DNA of 63,261 nucleotides, the filler included, from Sphaeroforma arctica JP610 (Eukaryota), in assembly GCF_001186125.1 (NCBI RefSeq). It is 7 parts of 2 records of this genome, joined end to end, with 100 filler letters (N's around TTAATTAATTAA, not from the genome) between each part and the next. Parts side by side here need not be neighbours in the genome. Positions count along the whole stretch, not along the records: positions 23,474 to 32,786 come from NW_014040528.1; positions 32,887 to 47,032 come from NW_014040528.1; 5 more parts are not named here. One strand, 5' to 3'. Every line of letters starts with the position of its first letter. The stretch's first letter is position 1. This document shows positions 26,501 through 38,639 of this stretch, piece by piece. A model generated the notes under the pieces. The model had not been told where the DNA came from and did no database searches. It saw only the letters and a list, made by a program, of their open reading frames with translations. Made by a program: the position numbers and the translations under genes.

Positions 26501-27494
26501 TGTTGGGGTCTCTCGTTTGAGGTCTGCCTGGATACGTACCCTTGATCGGTCTGCTCCCGCGGTTTCTTAACAACCGCCTTCTCCTGCGAGGTCATTCGCT
26601 TCTTAAGGGCGGCTAACTGATTCTTAAGTTCAGTGTTCTCATCGATCACCTTACTTATGTGCGGTGGCTGGTTTGATTCTGATTCGGGTCGGCTCTCTGA
26701 GTTTTCCTTCTCATCCTCTCCCTTAAGCGGGTTGTCTCCTTTCTCCGTAATTGGAGTTAGATCCTTCTGAGTGTTTTCATCAGGTTTAGTAGGGATAGTC
26801 TTAACCGATCCTTTTGCGTGGCTTCTTGGCTTCGTTAACGTAAGCTTCGAAGCAGACACAATAGTTGACCCGCGGGCTTTTACTTCAGGGGACTTCTCTC
26901 TTAATGGTGTGTCTTCACCCTTCTCTGTTGTATTGTTCTGGTTATTAATACCAGTAGCAATGATTTCGGTTACGGATTGATTGTCCTCTTCTGCGGTCGC
27001 GTTAAATGCGGCTGCAGTAGCGGCGTCTCTCTCCATCCACTTCTTTTCAGCTCTACGCTTCTTAGAAGGAGTATTGTCTTTCTTGGTCATAATCTTAACT
27101 TATGACTGCTAGCTGGTCTCTTAAGGACTAGCTTGGACAAGAAAAATTTTGTGGTAGTTTTCTACCTTAACGTTTAAGTAGTCTAAGTAGTTAATACCTT
27201 TGCTAACTTTAAAATGTGTAAGATTCGGTCTCTCAAGGCGATATTATCGCCTTAGAATAAATAAACGCGTAGGTAAATTCTAAGTATCGTGAAAATATCA
27301 AAGTAAATAAACGAAATAAGACANNNNNNNNNNNNNNNNNNNNCCATTTTAGGAAACTTAAGTTCCTCGTGCTATTAAGAGTACTTTTAGGAAACTTAAG
27401 TTCCTCGTACTATTAAGAGTACGTTTATTATTTACGTACTGCTTAAGAGTACGTTTATAACATAGAGTCTAATGTGGAGGCCCGGCTTATTACA
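23592..27494 (-). mobile_element. Gypsy LTR retrotransposon 1: LTR-gag-PR-RT-RNaseH-adenine MTase, degenerate
   Basis: Gag 27090-26236 with C-terminal Cys/His knuckles; protease ALIDPGSEISCI and DIIVGM; RT 25763-25098 (GYHQM, PFGL, YIDDIVIFS); RNase H (IATDASDLALGGVLYQ, QELLAI, HLPGIHNHLPDMLSR); LTR 27217-27494 with an internal gap. Confidence 0.92.
23940..24344 (-). pseudogene. Dam-like N6-adenine DNA methyltransferase domain in Gypsy 1 pol
   Basis: D*KCNPRWF...PHTIDMFAAHHNVQLSNY...DTF...AWANPPW...LCCP...PW, in frame ~15 codons after the RNase H end. NPPW at 24173-24162. Confidence 0.85.
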
Positions 27495-30400
27495 ATAAGA
27501 ACTCTCATACTACCATATGAGTCAACACCACTCTTCTAAGGGGTCCTAATCCCGGCTGCCCTGGATGAAACAGCATTCGTTGAGTTTCATCGCCGTTGTA
27601 GTGATACGCCTACAACTTTGGAGGAGTACGCTTGGAAGGGCGTTGACCGCGCTGCAAAGGTTTTAAATAAAACACCAGACCAAATTAAACAATTTAAAGA
27701 TGCTTTCAACAACATTCGCTATAACGAATCAAAACACAACTACATACATGGTCTAGAGGTCCATATATCACTTAAGCCCAATGCAAAGCCTAGGCGCGTT
27801 ATATACAAGCAGAAAAATTCTCAGTATCTAAAGTGAAAACAGGAAATCTGTGCACGAGACTACAAACGAGGAATCATTGAACCTGGTGACTACTATAGCC
27901 CTTGGATGTCTAGTGCAGTAATGGCACGGAGGAATCCTCGGGTACGATTCCAGTCTATAAAAGACATTCGTTATTGTCAAAATTATAAGCTCAATATTGA
28001 AAATTTTGATGTTGATCACTACCCACTCCCGACTGAACAGAAGTGTTTGGATCACATACGCCAAGGCGATATAGTATCTACACTAGATCTTGCATGTAGT
28101 TTTAATCAGTTAAAATACGCAAAGGATTCTCGTAAATACCTTACCTGGATAACGTCTACAGGTGACGTGTGGCAACCAATTGCTGGAGTATTTGTTGTTA
28201 AAATGATGACATACATGCTCCAAGGTGTAATGGACAAAACCTTCATTTCTCTCCGCGATGTCCTCGAGCATTTTGTGGATGACAGAGCTATGTCCCACTG
28301 GGGCCGGCAATTTATTGTCCGTCATTGGAATGACATGTATCGCTATGCGTGCATCTGTTTCTCTGCGGGTATTCGCCTTCGCCCATCGAAATGTCGTTTG
28401 ATGTTGCTACGTGAATCTCAAAAGACTTATTATGGTCGCTTAATCATAAACAATTATATGACGATCGCTCAAGATCGCCTTAACGCCCTCAACTTGATGC
28501 CCCCTCCACGTGACAAACAGGAGGTTCAAACTTTCTGTGCCACCATGAACTGGTGGTCACAGTATATACCTAACCTGGCTACAATATTAGCTCCCTAAAC
28601 TGATCTCACATTTAAGAATGTTAAATTTACATACACTGCGGCCGCCTATGCTGCTTATACCCTTGTTATGCAAGCTATAAATAGCATTATCATGCTTGTT
28701 ACACCTGATTCGACCCATCACCTTCATATGTTTTGTGATGCGTGCCCTATTGGCTTTGGCACTGGTCTTTTTGTACGCATTCCCCGTCATGGTGAACTCC
28801 CTCTGCCTTTTCCCATTGGTTGGCAACAACCCCTTAGCTCCAAACGAATGGCTTCCGCGGATACTGCCCTCAATGAGAACCGCCGACAACAGTCGTCTAC
28901 TACAAACGCGTTATTCACTTCCATTGCGTTCTAAGTCATACAAACGCCCCTCTACCCCGTCTATTGCTGTCAGCCTCAGCCTTCCTTACCATAAGCGTGT
29001 CTGTCGTTCTAAAAAGGATAAGCTCACCCAACATGAGCACCTCTACCTTACTCGTGCTCAACAACTCTCTTGCCGAACTCAGACGAATACGAACTCTACA
29101 CTTGTCGTCGACCCTCCAGTTGATGGTTTGTATCAACGGAATAGACCGTCTATTTCCTGTTGCTTATAGAAGTACAAAACTCAATTCTGTCCAACGCCGT
29201 TCCCATATCGCGGATATTGAAACTATAGCTATTGCGTACGGTGTGGACAAAGATGAAATGACGATTACTGCGAATTATAATTCGCTTGTCATTTGGACGG
29301 ATCATGAAAATGTCCTCCCTTTCTTCCATCCTAACATGAAATTCCCCGCTACTACTCGTGGTGATAGACTGTTGCGCCTTGTCCAAAAGGTCCGCCGTCA
29401 TACCATTGACCTGCGCCATATTCCTGGTGAATGGAACTATGTTGCTGATATGCTAACACGGTCTCCCACCCTCGACCCTATTATGCGCTATACCCATAAA
29501 AGGGTCACCTGGGCTTCTGAACATGAGCTAGTACCGCTCCTTGTTGCCCCTTTAACACACCATACAACTGCTTATACCGATGAACTTCTTTTGAACTCTT
29601 GCTGGATCCAACTTTTTTTTCTTCCAAATGGGGAACTCCTACAGTTGATCTTTATGCAAGTGACAAATGTCATCACCTCCTGCGCTATGGTGCTAAAATG
29701 GGGGGTACAGAAGGCTGTACAGCTGAACAGTTCAACATTAATAATGTTTTCTTGTTAGTTAATCCATCTTGGGACCTGGCTACTGCTTTTTATCAGCGCT
29801 ATGCAGTGGCTACCAATTGCTCTGCTATTGCTGTTGTGCCCTACTGGTCTGATCGCCCATTGTCGTTATTCCTCATACTGAGGATACTTTCCTCCGAAAT
29901 GGTACACAGGTCCTTGGACTCCCCCCCCTGGAAATATACTTTGGCGGGTCCCATATTTAAGTAACCCACGTTTCCCAAAGGATTACTTTCCCTTACCTCC
30001 TACTTTCTGGCACCAGCTTGGTTTAATCCAACCCCCACTTGGTATTAAGAACCCTCTTCCTATACCTACAATGTCTGTGATGGCATTGACTAAAATGAAT
30101 GCCCGCCAAGAAAGTATTATCGGCGACATGTTGCGTGCCCGTTTTCAGCAATCCAAAGAAACACATCCTTGGCGCTGGCGCCAACAACGATCCTCGGTTA
30201 CTCCGTCGTCTCCTCCACCTCAATCTACTGTTGAGTCGCTTGCAAATTTCCCACCTTTTCGGCAAACGCCAACTCTTCCCTCTAGCCCCCTTGTTCCTGA
30301 TCAGCCCGTATCTGCAACTCCGTTTGCCATGTCCTTGACCCCTTTCCCGATACCTGATGAGAACACGCCAGTGTCCCATGGTTTAGTTCCTTACCGCCCT

Positions 30401-32497
30401 GCTCCCACAACAGACCCTAACGGTGAGCTCCTTTTGGATTATCATCTTCCACCCTCTTCTGGCCCAGCTCCGTCTTCTTATCATCGCTTCCTCCTGGTTA
30501 TCATGCTGATAGTGCGCCACAATCCCCGCCTTTGGGTTATATCCTACCCCCCCCTGATTCACCTAGACCTTATACAATCTCAGGTTCACCTATTGGTGAC
30601 GCTCCCCTGATAACTGTGCGTACAACTACTACAGTGGATCCGATTTCTCCGTCGCCATCATACCATCCTCTTACTCTTTCAGAGGTGATGGCCCACCTTT
30701 CACAAAGGTTTACAAGTGTCATGGGTGTATATTATCTGCAAAGAAAGTTTTGGATTGTATTTGGGCAACCCATTGCGATAGAACAATCTTCGACCCCGTA
30801 GGTTGCGCCGTGCTTTACAGAAACAATTACATTGGTCTTTCGATGAATTATTCCTCATGAGAATTAATATTTCATGTCCTGGGTGTATACTTGAAGGAAC
30901 CTCACCGGGTCCTACAATGGGCCTTCTCACTCAACCCACCCGAGGAAAATACCTTGGTGCGGTGCAACACTTGGACCTGAAAGTCATGTCTGAAACAGCA
31001 CGTGCTTATAGGTACATGTTGTTCTGCATTGATGAACATACAAAACTGGCTCATAGTGCTATTCTTTGCCATGATGAAAATACTGCTCAAGATATCCTTG
31101 TTCAGTCGCAGCAACAACCTGAGCAATGGGCAACAACCATTGAGTATGTTGCTGATAAGGACAGCCCATTTAATTCTAAGTTTTTTACTACTTGGTGTGC
31201 TAGTGAGCAAATTCGCTGCCATATTGTTACCCCCAGTGAACATACTCATAATGGTATTGTTAAAAACTTATCAACACTTGGTGCACTTGGGTTGCTCGCC
31301 ATCGTTATGAGCTTACATGGGATTTACATGCGTGGAAGTTCACTAGTGATTATAACTCGAGTGTTCATACCGTTAAGAATGTTTCCCCATATACTTTGGT
31401 GACAAATCGTGTCTACCATCATGCTGCGCATAAGCATCTTGAATCTATCCTTAATAAAGATTTTCCCTCTGAGGAGCCGCCAATTGCCCTCATCCCTTTC
31501 CCAATTGACCGTGACCTTGATGTTTGGGAGCGAAATCGCAAGGCCCAAATTTCCCAGGCTACACAAGCAAATCGCCATCGATATGATGCACCCCTCATTG
31601 CTATTGGTCGCCAGGTGATGTATAAGCTCAAACCGTCACCATTTTCTGCCCGTAATCTTTGGGGGGGGGGCCTGCTGTTGTCCGAGAACTTTGCCCCCCT
31701 CCGTCATCCATATCATCCAATATATTGCTACAGGCAAATATTTTACCGGTCCCATCGTTCTAAGCTAAAGGCATACATTGCACCAATTGGCCTTCCTACA
31801 CCTGTTGTTCGCGGTACCCGCGCTATTTCTATATATAAAAATTGCCTCTTCCATGACAGCCCCTTCTGTGCCTCTCCGGAGCCTGACCAAGTCGCCCTTG
31901 CCGCTGCCTTTAAAGAATGGCCTGCTGCTATTCTTTTTCAGTACAAGTCTAATGTGGCCATCAAAGCCTACTTCAGTCTTTGTGCTATTCCCAAACGATC
32001 CTCTGCTTTGAATGCTCTTTCCTTTGCTGATTTAGCTTTCATCCGAGCAATTGTACCTCCCCAGCGCCACCCTTCCCTCAAGTCTGCTTTGGTTTGTGCC
32101 TACCGTTTGGCTCTTGATGCTGATTACCGTATTTGCCAGCTCCTTACCTGGCGTACCAAATTCCAGTCTTCTCAGGTCAACCCTTAATGCCCACGTGTTA
32201 AAATACGTTCCTGATCCTTGTCAGAACGTATGAGGGGTTGTAAACCCGCGGGCTTTTGACACGAAAGTAAAACTGACACGTACACGAAAGGAAACTGACA
32301 GTCCAAACTGACTTGCGCGCGCCAAAACCTGAGGCGCCAACCAGAACTGCCTAGTTCCAGGAAACGTATAATTAGGCTGAGATAGTTGTTCGCAAGTTCT
32401 CACTTTACTAACGTGAAGCTTTGCGACCAACCTAAGTTTAATAAACTTTGCTTACAAACCGTTTACTGCTTTTGTGCCGAACCTCGTAAGCCTTACA
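27495..32497 (+). mobile_element. Gypsy-type LTR retrotransposon 2: 5'-truncated RT-RNaseH-adenine MTase-integrase-3'LTR, degenerate
   Basis: RT 27906-28598 (YPLP, STLDLACSFNQL, HFVDD). RNase H (MFCDACPIGFG; PVAYRS, IWTDH, RHIPGEWNYVADMLTR). Integrase 30803-31402 (CPGC, HLDL, FCIDEHTK, ADKDSPF, HNG). PPT GAGGGG then LTR candidate TGTAA(32239)...TTACA(32497). Confidence 0.85.
29578..29960 (+). pseudogene. Dam-like N6-adenine DNA methyltransferase domain in Gypsy 2 pol
   Basis: DELLLNSCWIQLFF/(frameshift in the T-run at 29613-29620)SKWGTPTVDLYASDKCHHLLRY...LLVNPSW...AIAVVPYW. NPSW at 29761-29772. Confidence 0.78.
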
Positions 32498-33497
32498 TGT
32501 AAAATAAAACTCAAGTTAAATTAAAAAGATACAGGTCCGTTTTTTCGGGGTATTGGCCAATTTCAATTGGGAGCGTGTCTGCACGTTTGGTGCGATCGAC
32601 CAATCAAATAGCTGAGAATAAATAGAATAGTTTGTTTTGGGTAGAGCGTTTTTTTCTTGGAGCCGTCGCCAAGTTGTTCTATGTCTACGGGCACAAGAAA
32701 ATGTATAAACGTATTACCCTTTCTTCAAACCCTAAAACCCTAAACCCTAACCCTAAACCCTAAAACCCTATCGCTTGATCTGGTTCNNNNNNNNNNNNNN
32801 NNNNNNNNNNNNNNNNNNNNNNNNNNNNNNTTAATTAATTAANNNNNNNNNNNNNNNNNNNNNNNNNNNNNNNNNNNNNNNNNNNNATCCTCGATCATAC
32901 AGGGCGTACCTCTAGCTGTTCTTAATTGAATAATTTTCACTAGAAGTACTAAGTGTTCATGACCACATGCCTAATTTGTAGGTAGACATAATAACGTAAG
33001 TCCCGTTAATACATTAGCTGATATAAATAAAGTTCCATTTGAAGAAAAGTTTAAAAAAGAAAAAGACTTATTGGATTTTGGAGATTGGCGGAAGGACCAA
33101 AATCTATAAGTAGTAGTTCGGAGATTATAAAATTTAGTTTATAATATCCTACATCTACTAATGTCTCAAATAGGTCCAAGTAGATGAGTCATACCAAATA
33201 CTCAGGCTATTGGAGCCATCAAAGTGAATTTAGAACACTTTGGGAATATTGGAAAAAGAGCTTGTATTAAATTATTTAAAATACAAATAAAAACCAATGT
33301 ATTATCTCAATTGATCTTGATATTTTAGACTGACCGGAGGCCGTATTTCTACATATTTTTTTAGGGTTTAGGGTTTTAGTACGACAGAGTTCTGACCCAT
33401 GGTTCGTTAGAAATGGTAATAGATAGCTACTTATGGCTACTGAGGCTACTTTAAGGGCAATAAAACACCATTAAAGAAGCCATGATCGGTACTCAGG

Positions 33498-35820
33498 TGT
33501 TGAGACGATACTTTTATTCAAGTGCATCGATTCTTTGTTCTGCAATTGAGGGTTCATTCCATCAGATGCAATGTCGTGTCAGTTAATGTTCTTGTTGTCT
33601 TCTACTTGTACACTGTAGTAGCTTGTTTTGTCGCTGATTTGCTTTTATTTTTTACACTAAACTGCTCGATCATAAGCTCAACTAAGAACAGGCTATTCGC
33701 ATGCAGGGTAGCTAGCCAATCTGTTATAATTGCATTCCCTGCATGCTCCGTATCACCCTTCTTTTTTTTGCCTACCGGTACATACGCAGAATAGGCAAGC
33801 TTGCGAAACGTTTGTTAAACGCTGGAGTGATACAGGAGCATTCACTATCACGTTATCAATCAAGCAGCCTTCTACCCAGTTTCTCAGCTTTGCTAATAAC
33901 ACATGAGACTCGGGTGAATGCGACGCAAACTGATGATCGAATAAGAGTTTGATACGTGCAGCGCGATTCATACTTGTATCGTCAGATAACTGGAGAGATA
34001 TCAACGACTCGAAAAGCTCCACGTCATCGAGAACATTGTAATCTATGTACATGTCACTGATCAAAAGTTCCGCGTTTGTTGACCAGGCGTTGCATACGTA
34101 GAGGCTTCGTCCCGAGGATGAGTGATCACGTCGGCTTGAGTAGTCAAGAGTTCGGCAGTAGGGGGTACAGCATGGGCGAGATTCCCGAGACGAGCGACGC
34201 AAATGTAGCGCCAACGGGAAGCGCCGACGACTTCGCCACCATTGCGGAAAAAGGTACCAGAAGAAGTGCGGATAACCTCAACATGGGAATGAAGTTGACG
34301 TATTGTCTGGTAATAATAAGTGTTGCTGGGCGATAACGGAAAAACAACCGTGACGCAGTCATTTTCTGCATCGAACTTGTTCAGCACAGCAGTCCAGACT
34401 TTCTTGGTGAAAGGAATATTACCGTAGAGACGGGATTTAGGCTGATTCCAGTTTTGGGCAAAAGCGTCATGGAGAAGTGCGACAGGGTCGAGACTACAAT
34501 AAAGAGGTACTTGGGCATTGTTGGCACGAGCGAAGAGACCGACGTCGACTGGGTCAAAAGGCTGGACGACATGTTAATGAAATAAATGCGGATTGAGTTG
34601 CCAATTGTCAGTGTTGTCATTGCGGGGTGTGTAAGTGTCAATGTTGTTGTGTTGTAACGTATGGTGTGTGACCGGAGATGTCGTGCCATTCGGCAAGAGT
34701 GGTGGGTGTAAAGGTGGCAAGCTTGTAGAGGCCGTGGGTGTCAACGGTGTGTTGAACATTGCCGTTAGGATGTGTGACAATGCACTCAGTGGGTTGAGTC
34801 TCGTCGTTTTGGGCCGGAAAATACGGACTGAGAGAATGTCTTCATCGGCTTGCGGCATAATAAATACGGCACCAAGACCAGGGAGGTGACCACGTTGAGT
34901 GAGAGTGAGTTGGGATTTGTCGGTGAATTCGACAACAAAACGACCTGTTTCAAGGTTTGTGACGTCGGCGGTGGTGTTGCGGATGTGAATCATAGCACCG
35001 AAGTCAATGAGAGTGTTGGCGAAGAAGGGAGATGTGGGTCCAGTGTGGTAGACGGTACTGTAAAGACAAGAGTGGTATGAAGGCGGAGGGATAGGGGGTG
35101 AAGATGAAAGAGGGATAGTGGAGGAAGAAGTAACACAGTGGACCCCGTGGCTTCAATGAGAACTCAGGCAAGCGGTTGCATTGTGGCCGGTGGGAGTACA
35201 CTTAGTGCAGGATAAAGTAGTGCGGTCGACAGGACATTTGTTGACTTTGTGGATGGAAGAACCGTAGCGACGACAAATTTAGTCAGGGCAACCGAAGATA
35301 CTGTGGCTAGGTTTGTTGCATATGATGCACTTTTTGCGACGAGGAACGGTGTTGTTATGAGGGGGAGTGGTGGTGGGCTGAGTTGTGAAGGCAGAGAGGC
35401 TGCAGATAGAGGAAGGGGTCTCGAGTTGATGATCACCGGCAAATTTTAGGACTTTCGTGTACACGTCATCGATAGACAAAGTATCTAAGTCACGGTCAAC
35501 AAGTTCTGAACGTAAGAGGTGGTATTCGTCACCGAGACTGTAAAGTAAAACACAAGTAAGATATTTGTCAGGAATTACCTCGCCGACATCGAGAAAATGT
35601 TGGCAAGTCTCCTCAAGAGTCTGGAGGGTAGTGCCGAGGTAACCGGTGGCAGTATAGCTGATGAGGGCTTTCATCGCAGTCCAGAAACGGCCATAACTAC
35701 CGGTGTTGGTAGTGGCATAGATGTGTTGAAAGAATGTATGAGGGGGTTTCGACAAGTGTTGTTTGTAGACAGAATTGATGAGTGATTCAGCAATAGAGTC
35801 GAGAGGATGCGGTGACATTT
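33498..35820 (-). mobile_element. Copia-type LTR retrotransposon, internally deleted: gag-PR-adenine MTase-integrase HHCC, then PPT/LTR candidate
   Basis: Gag 35818-35279 (VLLYSLGDEY, CIICNKPSHSIFGC); protease LIDFGAMIH plus VFIMP..EDILSV; pre-integrase DHQFASH...CLFCVCTGRQKK (33930-33760); purine run AAAAAAAAGAAGGG then TG(33755)...AATAAA...CAACA(33498). No RT is present. Confidence 0.75.
34190..34608 (-). pseudogene. Dam-like N6-adenine DNA methyltransferase domain in the Copia element
   Basis: Reading through the stop at 34574 gives DNWQLNPHLFH*HVVQPFDPVDVGLFARANNAQVPLYCS...DAFAQNW...LYGNIPF...VLNK...TVVFP...TFFRNG...RWRYICVARLG, in frame with the protease ORF. The ORF track misses the core. 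Confidence 0.8.
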
Positions 35821-38150
35821 GGCAACATCAGCCATGTCTGGGCCGCCGCCAACAGTAGGGTCGTTGCATTGAGGATGGAAGCCGTGGAGAACACCATAAT
35901 AGCCATAATTCCCCTCGTATTGAGTTAGACCAGTGCAAATCTCCTCAAAACTACATTCCATATGCTCTGCGCGTATCAAGTGACTCAGAAATGAACGGAA
36001 CCCGAGGTAGCAATAATATATATCGTCCTGATATATGTCGTGAGACTTTTCATCGTACTGTTTTAATTTAGCAACTATTTCAACTAGCTCTTCCAGCAGC
36101 ATAAAATAGCCTGGACATTCCTCATAGATTTTATCATGTGCATTGTTGTAGCCATTCTTGAGGAGAGTATAACGTCGGCGGTGACCAGCAACGCTATCGC
36201 ATTCCTTGATTTTGAAATGTTGCCGCTGTACGCCTCGACAAAATTCGAATTTTGAATCAAGTTTGCCTAGAAACTTCTTCGTTTGGCTTTCAATGTGTTC
36301 CTTCGAATGCTGAAGAGCGAAACCAAGCTCTAATTGTATCCCAGTTATCGTAGCTTCTAATTTTTACACATTGTCATAGAGGTATCTATGGAAAACATGG
36401 TCAACCCCATTTAGGTTCTTGTTCTCTCGTCCCGTAAGCTCAATCGCCAATACTCTTGAAATTTGATTTGGATAGGGATGCACGCAAACGATGTTTACAA
36501 TCTTTCTCGTATCATAAATTTGAGCCATCGGCAGATGTCTTATGACCTTCGGGAGGGATACAATTTTATCCCCGTTGAACACATTCTTCCGTCCAAAGGC
36601 TATACTCATTACCATAGATTCGTCTAACAGATATGAAACAGCATCTTCTGCAATACTCTTATTCTTATTAGTGTTAAAATTCTGTACATTCAACTTTTCT
36701 GAACCAATTTGTAGAAGCTTAAAATCTTTACGTACGTATGATCGCCTTGAAAAACCTCTAATTGTATCCCAGTTATCGTAGCTTCTAATTTTTGCTCATT
36801 GTCATAGAGATATCTATGGAAAACATGGTCAACCCCATTTAGGTTCTTGTTCTCTCGTCCCGTAAGCTCAATCGCCAATACTCTTGAAATTTGATTTGGA
36901 TAGGGATGCACGCAAACGATGTTTACAATCTTTCTCGTACACATCATAAATTTGAGCCATCGGCAGATGTCTTATGACCTTCGGGAGGGATACAATTTTA
37001 ACCCCGTTGAACACATTCTTCCGTCCAAAGGCTATACTCATTACCATAGATTCGTCTAACCCAATATCTCCTTCTCCGTTAGGCAAATTTTGGAAGATCT
37101 CGTCATTTTGATACGACATTTTTTGTTCGTAATGTCTTTAGTAATTGTAACATTAGTGACTCTAAAAGTGAGCCATAAGTCATGTACTGTAATAGACAGC
37201 AAAAACCAAGTTTATCAGATTATTCTGATAAACTGTAAAAACTATAATAACTAAAATAAACAACTAAAACCTAAGTCTTGTATTCTGACCACATTTCTAG
37301 CCATTTCGTCCTCCTCACTACATGCGCTTTCGCCATCTAAAACTTCCTCCTCCGCTTGCGAACCCTCTTCCTCATTTTCAGACTGTCTATCTGTACCACT
37401 GTCTGACGAACCATTTTCCTCGTCATCACTACTCTCACCGATTCTATTTGGTAGAGCAGCGACTTTTCTTCTCCTATACTTCGTAGATGTGTTCACGATG
37501 GGGTAGTGCAGCTGCCAACTTTCTCCTCTTATCTGCTGTTCGTTGTGGCCTACTCAATTGCGAGAGCGGTGCGTACCCGACACGCTGAGCTTCACGAGAA
37601 ACATTTGCAAGTGATGTGTGCAACTCTGTTGCCTTGTTTACATACTGTGAGCGTTTATTTCCAAAGGCCTCTGATAAAAAAATTCTTATAGTCGTTTGGA
37701 AGAAGATGCTGTGCAATCAAAACTGAACAGCGACGCAATATCTTGCAGTATCGCAACTGCTGGTCTGATGACAATTTTTTTAAGGATTTCTTATTATTTG
37801 CACGGCTTGCCGCATCAACGTCAAACACAGCAGCAAAGTGTTTCTCAAATCTGGCTCAACTGTTTCTTCAAGCTGATCTAGAAAATTGCTTTCGTTTAAG
37901 TCACCTCTAAATCTAATGCTACGACTTGATACACGCGTACGGGGCTGATATATGTGTACGTCCTCACCGCGACAGCTTCGTTTGCAACATCTGCAGTTTG
38001 TGCATGTCGGTAGGCCACCATTCGGTGTACAGTATCCATTACACTTGGCGCACACCATTTTACACAATGGATTTTAGCCACGACAAGTGTGTTATCTTAA
38101 TTTCGCCACTGCTTGATCCTAGCTACACAGACATACTACTACCATTATGA
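35821..38150 (-). pseudogene. Fragmented coding relic, probably a DNA-transposon protein (tentatively Sola3-like), with a ~300-bp internal duplication
   Basis: SIAFGRK...LPKVIR...IYDVYEKDC...LSKSNF...KNLNGVD and an N-terminal Cys-rich ORF (37780-38067). 36328-36628 duplicates 36756-37060. Family call is from memory only. Confidence 0.35.
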
Positions 38151-38639
38151 CACCAGTATCATACCACCAAACACACGACTTGATATATGTATTTGTGTGT
38201 GAAAATCACAAATTTGTGTGTGTTCACATGCAACCCATCTGGGATCAGAAATCAAAATATTTGTTGTCGTCACTTTTCAGAATTTTCAATCCACAAAAAT
38301 ATTTCTAATTGGACACGAGGTTGGTGATTGGTACCTGTCGACCAATGATCCAGAATATCTACCTGAAGTAGATAGTTTTATGGTGGACATATAGAATAGA
38401 TAGGCCAATTTCTCTTTACTGTTACTGGGTATACAGCTTCTTCCCATGTCCGTACGTCGATATGCTCACATTCTACACGTTTACCATTTGGCCGGTAAAT
38501 GACCCGCTATTTTCTAAACCCGGTGTTAAATAAAAAACTTTTAAGGACCAAGCATGTCCTCATACAACAGCTTGAAAGGCAACAAAACCTTGAATATGTA
38601 TAACATCAAACCCATAGGGCATAGGGATAGTATTAGTTA

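Noticed and set aside
23592..32187. DIRS identity for the MT-bearing elements
   Set aside because: No tyrosine recombinase seen; an aspartic protease, a DDE integrase, PPTs and TG...CA LTRs are present instead.
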